Source: Eukaryota sp. TZLM1-RC (Eukaryota; Protista; Metamonada: BaSk clade). From it: 64,000 bases of DNA. Below are positions 1 to 12,061 of the stretch, piece by piece. Under the pieces are notes generated by a model. The model was given only the letters and a program-made list of their open reading frames with translations, was not told where the DNA came from and searched no databases. The translations under genes and the position numbers were made by a program. Within the stretch, counting starts at the first letter, position 1. Every line of letters begins with the position of its first letter. The stretch is from positions 744,001 through 808,000 of the forward strand of contig JAUPSS010000004.1 in the NCBI GenBank assembly GCA_040285825.1, in the 5' to 3' direction.

Positions 1-258
1 TTTTCGATTTTTGGCAACATTGGACAATCCGCCATGAATTTCATCAATGATTTTGGTAATTTATGTCGTTCAAGTGGTAAGAATTTTGCAGAGAATTTAT
101 GGAAAAATCGTATCATTTTCGCTTTGTACAGAAGTGTTCCCAAGTACTTGAGTTTAATGATGTCTAAACTTTATAAGGATTCATCAAGAGTTGGCGTGGA
201 GAATTTAGTTTCTTATGTGTTTTAGTTTGTTTTGTTTTTATTTGATTCTTTATATAAA
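1..258 (+). mobile_element. 3' end of a CRE-clade non-LTR retrotransposon (family A), extending beyond the window start
   Basis: Exact reverse complement of 836-1093. Encodes the same C-terminus (..ENLVSYVF*) and the 3' UTR. Confidence 0.9.
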
Positions 259-264
259 TAATAA

Positions 265-811
<547 letters not shown>

Positions 812-3800
812 TTTTTTTTTAATATTAATATTTATTTTATATAAAGAATCAAATAAAAACAAAACAAACTAAAACACATAAGAAACTAAATTCTCCACGC
901 CAACTCTTGATGAATCCTTATAAAGTTTAGACATCATTAAACTCAAGTACTTGGGAACACTTCTGTACAAAGCGAAAATGATACGATTTTTCCATAAATT
1001 CTCTGCAAAATTCTTACCACTTGAACGACATAAATTACCAAAATCATTGATGAAATTCATGGCGGATTGTCCAATGTTGCCAAAAATCGAAAAGGCAAAA
1101 GGAACAAACGAAAACTTCGAATAAAGGTTCTTATTTAAATCATTTAATATCTCAGTATATTTATCTCTCTTACGATCTTCAGCCTTGTTTAAATGGCCAT
1201 TAGTACTAAGTAAAAACATCATCGCGATAAACCAAAGCAAAGGGATCAACTGTAGTGAAATCAACAACAACTTGAGAGGAATCCACAAATGGAGCAATTA
1301 AATCACCTCGACGTGAATTAAAAAGATTATCATCACTATAATGCTTCAACAAAGGTTCTACTTTGCAACTAAAATTGTAACACTTGAACATCTCATATGT
1401 CACATCACGAACGGCATTATGAAGAACTGACCTATATTGGAGAAATTTCTTACAGCTCACAATATGACGAAAATTGGCAGTAGGTTTTTGTTACAAATAC
1501 AATTAGAATTGTCCAAAAGACCACTTGGATACATCCCTAATCTCAACCGCATGTTTTGTTTCCAAGCTTCATTTGTTAAGTGAAGACCAAATGGCCTTGG
1601 TTGCTGAGATATTAAACTAGTACAGTTCTGAATGTCTGATAAAAAGGCAGCAAAGACGGGATTATTAATCTTAGTCACACTAAGTCGTTTAGAAAAATCC
1701 AGGTCTTCAAAACCAATAAGAACAGACTTCTGTAATTTCACAACAGCAAGATGAAGGTTGGTGAAAGATCTCGAAGGCACAGCAGGTAAACTTGAAGGAA
1801 AACTCCTATTCCAAATATCAACAGGTAGTTCTTGCACCATTTTTTCAAGAGAAATTAATAAAGGATGTGATTCATTTAAAGGAATATGATCAAAACGAAG
1901 TTTCCATTCAAAAAGAAAATTTTTCATACCACCAATAAAAGCACTTTTGCATAAATACTCTGCTTTTGAAAAACCAACTCCACCAAATTTAGGACTAAAA
2001 AAATGCATGATAAGGAATTTTTGATGGACAAACTTCTACTAAATTTCCTAAGAAATTTGTTCTCAAAGTATTGAATTGACGTGCAAAATCATGAGAAATT
2101 GTGGGAGATAAAGAACGAAGAAGGTGATTAATTTTTGATCCAAAACACACATTTAGGACCGAAAACGCTAAATGTTTGTCAATTTCTAGATCTTCAATAG
2201 CCAAAAGTTGCTCTTCGATTTTTCCAAAATACCTGACAAAAATCAATTTAACTTTTTCACTATTTCCAAAATAAGATCCAAGAAACCGAATAGCATCTTC
2301 CTCGTAATCAACGTATTTGATAAAAGTTTCATTAAATGCCACCTCCGCATGCTGATTACCAATAATGAAACACTTGGGCAATTTAATGTCTAACCCTATT
2401 TGTTTGGCCAGAAAAACAAAATGTTGTAAACCGTGTTGTAAAAGAGACAAAGGGCCAATAAGTGATAAATCATCTGCATAAGCACATATATGAATGTCAG
2501 GAAAATCCGACTTAAATTTTACCAAAACTGATTGCAGTGCTAAGCAAAAGAAAAATGGACCCAATGGATCCCCTTGTTTGACCCCTCTTGACGAAACAAT
2601 ATTCTCAGAATGAAAAATTAAGTTAGAGGGTGATCCATACATCAATTTAAAATACGGCAAAAGTGGAGGATAGTGTAGTTCAAGTTCTTGCAAAATACTG
2701 GAGCGAAAAACGGAGTTGAAAGCATTTTTAAAATCAATGTTTAATAAATAATTTTCGCCTTTTTGATTGAAAAGTAAATCTGTACACAACGCAGCACATG
2801 TTGTGCCATCAGGAATTCCGATAGCAAACTGATAAGGACGAAAAAAATTAATTGCGGATGACTTAACTCTTTTAAAGGAAATAATTGCTAATAATCTCGT
2901 TATAGACTCACCAACAGCAATAGGTCTGACACCACCTCCAGGCTTATTTAAAGCAACTAAACGAGATGACATTAACGCTTGTGGTAACTTGAAACGTCCC
3001 ATGAAGACACTGTTAAAAAAGAAAACTAAATCATCCACAATTTCTGAACATATGTTGACTGCGGACTTCAAATGATCATAACTAAGTCCAGAAGGCCCAG
3101 CAGAACGACCAGACGGAAGTCCTTTAATAGCTACACTAACTTCATCACAAGTGATAGGATTAGCAGTGAAGAAATCACGTTCATTATCAGAGACAATGTG
3201 ATTTATGGTGAAGTCTTCATGTGGATGAAGAGAATTTAAAGAATCCAATGTTTCATCATTGAAGGCAGCAGGAGAAGAACCAGCCAATAATTTAAGTGCT
3301 GAAGAGTATTGTGAACGAAGAATCAAAGACTCAAAGCGCTTTTTGACATTTTTAGATTGTGGAACCGACTTCTTATATTTAGATTTCTTGTGTGAAGACA
3401 TGGCCTTAGAAAGAAAAAATTTCCAAAAAATCGAAGGATTCCAAATGCCCTTTCGAAGAGAGAAGGTTAAAGATCGAATAACTGTTGCAAGAGAAGACGA
3501 ATGAGCAGGAGAAACGAATTGAGGGATTGCAAATGGAGGTCTACAAGGATCAATTGGCGTGCAAGAATCACAAACCAAAAGAGGTCGACCCGAAACATTG
3601 AATCCAGAAACTGGAGAACAACAGAACAAACATGATTTTGTATTACTACTGACTGAAGACGAATGAAGTATATGTGGAGGCTCAATAGACTCAATAGGTG
3701 AAGATAATGATGCCAATACAGCTTCATCTGACAAAACTTTTCGCCGAGGACATGTTGTTTTTGTGTGACCAACAGTTTTGCACAAAGAACAGGTAGTCAC

Positions 3801-3878
3801 AGAATTCTTAGGGCGTCCTCTAGAAGGTTTTGAAGTAACTGACTTCGGAGGCATAGATAAGCATGGAGGGAGAAAAAA
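812..3878 (-). mobile_element. Full-length CRE-clade (RLE-type) non-LTR retrotransposon, family A
   Basis: Single long RT-RLE reading frame in four pieces, short UTRs, flanked on both sides by TAAA-type repeats. Confidence 0.88.
869..3854 (-). CDS. Polyprotein: AT-hook/CCHC knuckle - reverse transcriptase - CCHC - restriction-like endonuclease, with three homopolymer frameshifts
   Basis: RGRPK; CSLCKTVGHTKTTC; RT motifs RPIAVGE, DFKNAFN, GVKQGDPLGP, YADD; CxC..H..C; RLE RGDLI..VVDFT..KAEDRKRDKY. Frame breaks at ~2000, ~1487 and ~1215 are each 1-nt homopolymer differences relative to the copy at 43728-46728. Confidence 0.88.
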
Positions 3879-3997
3879 ATAAATAAATAAATAAATAAAT
3901 ATATAAATAAATATATAAATAAATATATAAATAAATATATAAATAAAGAATAATAATAATTAACAATAAAACAATAGCAATAAATAACAATAATAAT
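3878..3997. repeat. Degenerate TAAA/TATA/TAA simple repeat at the 5' flank of the retroelement
   Basis: Directly visible. Confidence 0.85.
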
Positions 3998-4060
3998 TTT
4001 TAGTTTGTTTTGTTTTTATTTGATTCTTCGTAGAAAATAAATAAATAAAATTAAAAAAAT
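3998..4060 (+). mobile_element. ~60-bp 3'-terminal fragment of a family A CRE element
   Basis: ttttagtttgttttgtttttatttgattctt matches 220-250. ttcttcgtagaaaat matches the 3' end of the copy at 43728. Confidence 0.7.
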
Positions 4061-4410
4061 AAAGAAATAAATAAATTGATCAATTAATTAATCAATTAAT
4101 TAATCAATTAAATTTTTGATCATTTTTGTATGAAACAGATAGCTAACTTCTCCAAAGAAGTTGGTCATTATCCTCAAGACAACTGAGCTGATTACAATTG
4201 ACCAATTGCCTTTAAACGCATTGTCTGAATTGCAGCGGCAAAATGTTTTTAAAATCCAATGTAATGCTGTGAGTAGGTTTAGTAATAGTGACGCTTGTTT
4301 GGAGGATATTGAATTCTAGATGAGTTTGATTTTTGTCGCAATAAATAATTTTTTTTAAAAAAATCCACTTGTAACAATTCATCACACACTCCTTACACAT
4401 ATACCAAGTC

Positions 4411-7400
4411 ATGGAACTTGACGACCCTCCTTCCTTCTCCGATTTGCTTTCTCTTGCTATCTCCGCAGATCCTTCCGAAGCCGAAACCATCCACTCTGAC
4501 CTCTACAATTACACCGAATCCTCCCCAGAACTTACTGCTCGCGCCGTCAACTCCCTTATCCGTCATCTCCCTCTTAGTCATCCTATCTTAACCAAGTGTG
4601 AGGAGTTTCTACAATCGGGCTGCGTCTACATTGCTGACGTGACAAATGACGATATGGAACTAGGCCAATCTTCCTCTTTTGCCAACAACACGGAGCGCTA
4701 CCTTGAACTATGGGAGGAAATGAAACAGGGTTCTGAAATTGGTCTCAAATGCCAAGTTGTCGCCCATGATGTTGCTGACGAAGACGTGCCACCCCCCAGT
4801 GATGACGTGGTAAATGATGATGTGTCAAACGATGACGTGTCACTCTCAAGTGTTGACGTGGCAAACGATGACGTATCACCCCCGGGTGATGACGCGAGTG
4901 ACCACGGTGATGAATCCGATATGTACTATAGTGAGGAGGAAGGTGTTCCAAATGTCAATGACGTGATTGATGACGTGTCACCCCCAAGTGATGACGTGGC
5001 AGTTCCCCCTTCCATTCCCAAACCTTTTGTTTTAATCTCCGTATTATTCAATGAATATGACCAAATTCTTGTCGCCGAAGACGAACTTTCTCTCCCCTCA
5101 ACTACTATTTTTGACCTTCCAATCAATTTTCAAGAGAATTCTGGTGACTTTTACAAACTACTATCAAGAGCCCATACACTTGGTGACGAACCCATTGACG
5201 AAATTTCCACTGATCCGGTTTTATTTGCTGTGTTCACGGCTCAATCAAAATTGATTGATTCTTTAAATGGTATTGACCTTGGAAGACTTTATGATAAAAT
5301 CTTGCATTTTCCAGCTAATGACACCGCAGCACTTGTCATGGTTAACAAAATTTCACACACTGAGCTCTCAACACGTCATCAATGGAAGAATCTCGAAGAC
5401 TTTGAAGTTGATTTTTACGAACTTAATTACTCAACATCCCTTAAGCTTGATCTTTATTCCCTTTCTACAGACCCTATAAATGGCCAACGTCACTTGAAAA
5501 TCATCCATAATTGGGTACTGAATCATTCTTATTTTAAAGAAGTTGAACAAGGTTTTTACGTTGGTTTATTACGGTATATTCCAAATTTCAATGATGATCA
5601 TATGGTTTTGGTGGATTCGGTATCGAGGGACGTGATTCCTAACTGTAAAGTTGTCGATGATTATCTATCACCTTCTCAATCAGCTTGGTTGAGAACAATC
5701 AATTTAGACTTGTCAGTTGATTGCTTGACTGAGGCCAACCAGGTTGAAATTAATATTTTCAAGGATTTGTTTTTCAAAGCGGTTTCAAAACTCCAATCAC
5801 TGGTAGGATTAGACCAATTGGGTGACGTTTATGATTGGGAATTGATTAATATCAATAATCAATCAAATATGATTGTGTTTGTGTCTCAAGGAAAGCAGGA
5901 TGAATTACCAGTGTTTTCCGACCATTTCTCGTATATTCCATTGACTCAGCTTGACCACACGTCACCATATCAATCACATAATCAATCAAATGTGAGTGAT
6001 TCTTTCCTTTCTCGTGCCATTAATTGGAGTTTAGATGGATCAAAGTCAGCACTAACTCTTTTAGAACCGTCTTTAGACCCTCAAAATGATTTTAACGTTG
6101 GTTTTAAAGCAATGGAAGCTGCAAGAATCAAATTGGAAGGCAGTCAATCAAACCAATCAAATTTGATTGATACTATGATTGATGATGATGATTTACAGTT
6201 GTTGAGTGAAGAATCTAAAAAACAGATTTTTCCTTCTATTGAACATTTCGACTCTAACTTTTCCTTAGAACAATTAGCCGATTTTGTTCCTTTTACCCCC
6301 AGTGTAGATTCTATTTGCGAATGTATAGTTGAAGAAGTAATTGAGTGTGCTTATATTGAAGCTACCGAAGTCAAACTCTTTTACGACACTGCTGAAGTTT
6401 TAAATAACACTATTGAAATTGTAGATTTAGTGGATGAGCTAACACTGGAAAGTGCTTTGATTGTGATTGAACTACAGACACTCGAAATTTTGGAACAAGA
6501 GCGACAAAAATTTCGTAATGATTTGGTTGAGCTCTACACCAAACCTTTACCTTGCTACGAGTCAATCCATGGTGATGTTTTAGATTCAAACACAATTGAA
6601 TTATTCAAAACTTCCTATACAGGTCACATAAGGTCACAAATCACGTGTTTTAATGAACTTGTTGACGTTACTGAACATTTGCTTGATTCGTTTGATCAGT
6701 TGGAAGATGTAGAAGAAGTTGTGGGGATTATTGGATCTTTATCGCAGGCAACAGCAGCATCGTTAAAGCAATTGTCAAAAAAGAAAAAGAAGAAGAAGTC
6801 CAAAAAAGGGGGTCAAAAAGGTGTTTTGAAAACGTCATCATCTGTGAAAAATGGTAAAAAGACTGTTGCTTCTTCCAGCCCTCAAAATGTTGCGATATCT
6901 ATTTCCGAAGTCATGGATCAAAATACACCTAAACGAAGGTCAAAAAAGAAGAGACTTCCAGAGACTTCTAAAGCTTTGGCTACCCCAGTTCTTGGATGTA
7001 GGGGACTTAAAAGTTCTCTAAGTACTCCCAGTGTCAAGAGTAATATTGCCACTTTTAAAAAGTTGAACAAGTTTTATAACAAAAATGGTGGAAAATTTGC
7101 AATTTCACCATTGCCAACTGCTGGTGATCTATCTCTGATTTCTCCTTTGGAATCGCCAAAATTTGAAAATGAACCCCAAAATTTGGAAGATGTTGTTCTT
7201 GTTATTAATGACGAAGAATTTGAAATTCCATCTAAATTACTAAAGGAAAGCTTAATTAAACAAGAACGTATTGTTTTGGATGACATTGATGAGGTTTGCA
7301 TTGAACTTTTATTATCAATTTTGATGGAAGATCATAATCAACGTGAGGAAGTGATTGCTAATTTAACTGAAGGTGATTTGGTGGATTTACTTTCAGCTAC

Positions 7401-8034
7401 TGAAGCCTTAAAAATTCCATCTTTGTTTTTCCCTGCATTGGATAATTTTATTAATTTTCAGGACGATTTAGCTCCAATATTAGAATTATTACAATCTTCT
7501 TTTTCCAAGGATTTACCACTGAAATTTTTGATTGAGCAGTCCAAAGTTTCAAAGTCTGCGATCATTCTGGATATTATTTGGTTTTACCGCACGCTCGCAG
7601 AATTTTGCGCTTGTCATCAATCAAATGACATGTTTGGTGACTTGACTTCTGTTGAAACCACTTATTTCTCCAATCAAAATGATTGGTTATCCATATACAG
7701 CTCCTGCAGAATCTCAAATTTCCTCTCCCATTTCCCTGTCTATGAAATTTCCAATGATGAAGTTGACATTTGGGCTCAAGAGTTAGGTCAATTTGTATAT
7801 GCAATATCTTTACGTGGAAATTTTATTAATTCTGATACTATTAGATTATTAGTTTCCACATGCCCAAATCTCTCTAGAATTGATTTATCCAAAAGTTCAA
7901 CTGATAGTGATGGGGTTCGTCAATTGGTTAAATTAGAGTGTTTATTGCAGTTGAATTTGGCAGAGACTAAGATCAAAGGCGAGGATGTTGTTTACTTAAC
8001 TGACGAATGTCCACATGTAGATTTAATTTTGTAG
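4411..8034 (+). CDS. 1207-aa host protein: acidic N-terminus, poly-Lys stretch, BTB/POZ-like domain, C-terminal LRRs (possible Cullin-3 adaptor)
   Basis: Uninterrupted ORF. DVVLVINDEEFEI..IVLDDID..DLVDLLSATEALKIPSL is BTB-like. ISLRGN..CPNLSRIDLS..LQLNLAETKI are LRR-like. Confidence 0.75.
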   Translation: MELDDPPSFSDLLSLAISADPSEAETIHSDLYNYTESSPELTARAVNSLIRHLPLSHPILTKCEEFLQSGCVYIADVTNDDMELGQSSSFANNTERYLELWEEMKQGSEIGLKCQVVAHDVADEDVPPPSDDVVNDDVSNDDVSLSSVDVANDDVSPPGDDASDHGDESDMYYSEEEGVPNVNDVIDDVSPPSDDVAVPPSIPKPFVLISVLFNEYDQILVAEDELSLPSTTIFDLPINFQENSGDFYKLLSRAHTLGDEPIDEISTDPVLFAVFTAQSKLIDSLNGIDLGRLYDKILHFPANDTAALVMVNKISHTELSTRHQWKNLEDFEVDFYELNYSTSLKLDLYSLSTDPINGQRHLKIIHNWVLNHSYFKEVEQGFYVGLLRYIPNFNDDHMVLVDSVSRDVIPNCKVVDDYLSPSQSAWLRTINLDLSVDCLTEANQVEINIFKDLFFKAVSKLQSLVGLDQLGDVYDWELININNQSNMIVFVSQGKQDELPVFSDHFSYIPLTQLDHTSPYQSHNQSNVSDSFLSRAINWSLDGSKSALTLLEPSLDPQNDFNVGFKAMEAARIKLEGSQSNQSNLIDTMIDDDDLQLLSEESKKQIFPSIEHFDSNFSLEQLADFVPFTPSVDSICECIVEEVIECAYIEATEVKLFYDTAEVLNNTIEIVDLVDELTLESALIVIELQTLEILEQERQKFRNDLVELYTKPLPCYESIHGDVLDSNTIELFKTSYTGHIRSQITCFNELVDVTEHLLDSFDQLEDVEEVVGIIGSLSQATAASLKQLSKKKKKKKSKKGGQKGVLKTSSSVKNGKKTVASSSPQNVAISISEVMDQNTPKRRSKKKRLPETSKALATPVLGCRGLKSSLSTPSVKSNIATFKKLNKFYNKNGGKFAISPLPTAGDLSLISPLESPKFENEPQNLEDVVLVINDEEFEIPSKLLKESLIKQERIVLDDIDEVCIELLLSILMEDHNQREEVIANLTEGDLVDLLSATEALKIPSLFFPALDNFINFQDDLAPILELLQSSFSKDLPLKFLIEQSKVSKSAIILDIIWFYRTLAEFCACHQSNDMFGDLTSVETTYFSNQNDWLSIYSSCRISNFLSHFPVYEISNDEVDIWAQELGQFVYAISLRGNFINSDTIRLLVSTCPNLSRIDLSKSSTDSDGVRQLVKLECLLQLNLAETKIKGEDVVYLTDECPHVDLIL

Positions 8035-8297
8035 TTTTGTTGGATGAATTTGTATTATTAGGCGTTAATAAATTATAATATATAACTTTATTTTTCATCT
8101 TGTTTCAAAAATTTGATTAACAATTATCGAATAATGAATTCAATTGCTAGTGCTGAATTCCTTGTTTATGAGGTTGTAGACCAAAACCTTGCATGGTGAA
8201 AATAGTAATCACCAGTGATGACCATTAAACAAGTTTGTTGGTTATATTGTGAATGCCTTCTTTAAATACTTAGGTACTCACTAGTGAGATACCTACA

Positions 8298-9720
8298 CTA
8301 CCTCCCGTTTTCTTTATTAAAATTATTTACAGTTGTTCTTCCGCTTCCTCTGCGGATAACGCTTTTGCCGAGGCACGGGGAGAGGCCGAGCTGCGTTGTT
8401 GGATTCAATAGATTCACGTTTTCTTTTTTTGGTTTCTTATTAAATCGTTGATACACTTCTGAGTATCTGATAGAATAAAGTGGTTCCTCGGTAGTATCTC
8501 CACCAAACCATTTCTCAGTACAGAAGGTTCCTTGAGCAGTATTATACTCGCCAAAGATTTCTTCGATGACATGTTTTCCTGAATCACTAGCTGCGAATGC
8601 CCTAAGTAACTCAACATCGTTAGTATCGTCAGCGTTATACATGTTACAGTCCCTTATAGATACTTTTATTTGTTCACCAGTCGTCTGTATTAATAAAGTG
8701 GAGTTGCAAGGGGTATCTAAAACCAGATATCGGCCTAACCAAAATCCATGCAATTTATAGGGTTGTTTTGTATTTCAAAGTATATACTCACCAATATTAA
8801 ATGTGTTTTCATTTGTAATTTTCATATGACTGGGTGTATTTGATAAATGGTGATGCTCTGCTTCTTCCCATTTCTTTTGAAGACGATCATTCTTAAAGTT
8901 GAGCCCTTGCAAAAGTGGCACGTTAGATTCCAAATCGAAAATGGCGCCTAGGATTTTAGCAGAAGCTGATTTTGGGGTGATTGATGACCCAAATACAGTT
9001 GATATGGAGTGTGATTTGTTTCTCTGCTTTTTGTTGAATTAATTAATAATTGAGTTATAGGTACATAAGTGGACCATGCATCGTTGTAGTCTATTAATAT
9101 TTTCCTTATGTATTGTATCACATCTCAATGTTTCTTTTCTACTGATCAATCACTTTCAGCATGATAGGAAAATGATAGGGAAATGAATGTGATACTTCAA
9201 TTGACATTTTTTGACAAAGCAATTTAGCTACTTCGTTGACGAATTTACGACTATTATCACTATGTTTAGACATATGTAAGGCAAATATAGCGCAGACATT
9301 CCATATCAATGCGTTTGCTACTTCTAAAGCAGCATTGAGTTTTTTCATTGGAACAAGTATCGTTTATCTTGTAAATGAATCGACGAGAACTAATAAACAC
9401 TTGTTATCATTCTTGTCTATATTAAGTGGACCAATTGTATCCACGTTTAATTTTGCGAAAGGGCGGTTAGCCCATAAGGAACCAGTTGAGGGAGTCTTTT
9501 ATTGCTTTACTGGTGCTGTTTTTTGGCCAGTAGGACAACATTTTTATATCTCCAGCCTGTGGAGATTACTAACGAAAATGGTATGAGCAATGATTATTAT
9601 TGAAAAATCAATAAAAATTGGGAACCTGGAAAATGAGACGTTTATTCTTTTGGTCATTTGAAATGTTGGGAAAAAATGTTTGTAAAAATGAAGCTCGTTC
9701 AACAGTGTTTGATGAGTTCA
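8298..9720 (-). pseudogene. Degenerate Ty3/Gypsy LTR-retrotransposon integrase with GPY/F-like motif and chromodomain
   Basis: Minus strand reads PFAKLNVDTIGP..LVLVDSFTR*..HSDN (rve core), then WLGRY and HVIEEI..KWFGGDTTEEPL. Stops and frameshifts present. Confidence 0.75.
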
Positions 9721-10039
9721 TGATCTGTTGTACATTGTTCATTTGTTTTAAAGAGTATGTAATATTATAATTTGATGTTATAATTGACAATTGACACAAT
9801 AAGTGAGTTGGACAATTGGATCATTTTTGTTTACATTTGAGATTCACATCATATTGTACACTTAATTGAGGAGTCTCGAATTTTAAGTCACAGCAAATGA
9901 GATATTACCGAGTCAAGAAGTTCTTTCAAGGTCGAGCTTTGCCTGCAACTCCGGACAGCACTTCTTCAAATTTAAGTTGTTTGCGAGGAAGGGAACATTA
10001 GGGACAGAATCAACATCGTGAACTTCTATCAGAAGTAAT

Positions 10040-10130
10040 CAATTGTTTTGATTTAGGGGCAGCAGCTTTTGAGGATGTGGAACTATAGTTGTGTATTTTA
10101 TGTTTTTTTATCCCTTTTTCAATAAAAAAC
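10040..10130 (+). mobile_element. Short 3'-end fragment of a CRE family B element
   Basis: Similar to 25310-25395 (ttttgaggatgtgga..ttgtgtattttatgtttt..aataaa). Confidence 0.55.
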
Positions 10131-12061
10131 TTTTATTTTTAAAAAAAGTTGGCTCGTCAATTTCTGAAAATTTAGCCAGTGCAATGTATTTATTTGGTGG
10201 ATCAGTCATTTACAGCAAGGAGATAGAGATGAAACAAAGTAATTTGAAAATATTGTTTTTATTTCTGTTTCTTCGTCAATTTTTTAAAATAATCCAGGAA
10301 CAATTTTACATTTTTATTTCAGAAGTTCAAAAATGAATTAAATATAAATAAAATTTATTTTACATTTTCCGAAACCTGTTGGAGAGGGTACCATATAACC
10401 ACTTGGAAAGTATCCAAATAATTGAAAACAACCATTTATAAAACACTGAAATAAACATGGTGAAATACAAAAATAAGAAAAAATATATAAATAAATCATA
10501 TAAATAAAAAATTGAAAAATAAAGCATTTTCTTCTACTACAAGGTTTCTTTATTTTCATCTACGAAGAACTAAAAATATCAATCAAATACCCAATAAAAT
10601 ACCTAAAATATCCATAGTCTGAATACTGAATCCAACATGGAAAACAAGATAATTCAACTAAACATCCATTCTTGATTAGTTTAACAGATTTAATTAAACC
10701 TTGATTAACAAGTTTTGTTGGAGATAGGGTAGAATCAATAAGCACATCTTCATAAAAACTAAGCAATTGAATAAATTTCAAAGAAGGAAAGTTTTGTTCA
10801 GTGATATTGTTAGGAACTGCGTCATAAGTTACCAATTCCTTCAAGTTTGGTAAGTGTATATCAATGCTGACAATTTTTAGAAAAGATATATCCAATCTAA
10901 AAATCGATTGAGGTAAATGTAGCTCTCCTTCTAGTATTCTATTTAAAACAAAATCTCCAAAATAAAAACCATATTCCAATAATACCAACTTTTTTGATGA
11001 TGTAAGATAGCTTAAATCAGTAGCCTCAATGGCAGGATGTTTAAACACTAACTTCACTAGTGAAGTGGGTAATTGTTCTATTTTGCATCGAGAATCTAGC
11101 ACTATAAACATTCTACCATGTGATGACTCTCCACCAATCTTAACAAAATCAAGATTTGTTGAATAATGAAAACAATTGTGGATCATAAGGAACCTGATCA
11201 TAGTAAACATTAAGTTTTTTAATTCTAGTATTAATTACTTTGGGTTTGTGGTAACCAGTAGATAATCGCAATCGTAAATCACAAGTATTTTCGTTTAAAT
11301 TTAAATCTTGATGATCTTTTGAAGATTCAAAACCATCAATCACTTGTTCAGCAAATTTAGCCACTTTCTTGCTTGACTGAACATTTGGTATAGAATCTGG
11401 TTTTTATATAATGATCCTTAACAAACAAGTATTCCAAATAATTTAAATATTCAAAGTAAATTAATTTGATTAGACCACTAAACATGCTATCCAAAGGTTG
11501 TTCAGGATGACGAAAACTGCCAAATATTTCAGACCCCAATACTTTGACAGGTTGTGGTCGATCAATCAAATCACCTGTACCTAACTGACTTTGATAGTTA
11601 CTTCCCCAAGCCCAAACAGTGTTTTTGTTATAGGCAAAAACACAGCCCCGACCTACTGAAATACCTTCTATAGTAGTGAAAGCATCAATACATATCGGTT
11701 CATCATCATCTTCATAAAAATAACTTATTCTACTCAACTCACCCCAAACAAAAACTCTACCATTCTTGTCAAGGACAGCATAAATATCATAACAACCACT
11801 AACGAAAACAATATTCCTTAACCCTGAAACTTTGGTGGGTTTGGTATCGAAAGGAACATCATCCCCCTTGTTAAACTCCCAAACTTCACCATTAGCATCA
11901 ATTACAAGTAAGGTAACATATTCGAACATAAAGGAACCCTGAAATGGTTCTTTTGGAGATAAAAATTTGGTGATTGGAATTTTGATTAAAATTTTGATTA
12001 AATTTTTTTTGAAAAAGACACATCATCTTCATCGGAATACCTTTTCCGAAAATAAAAGAAA

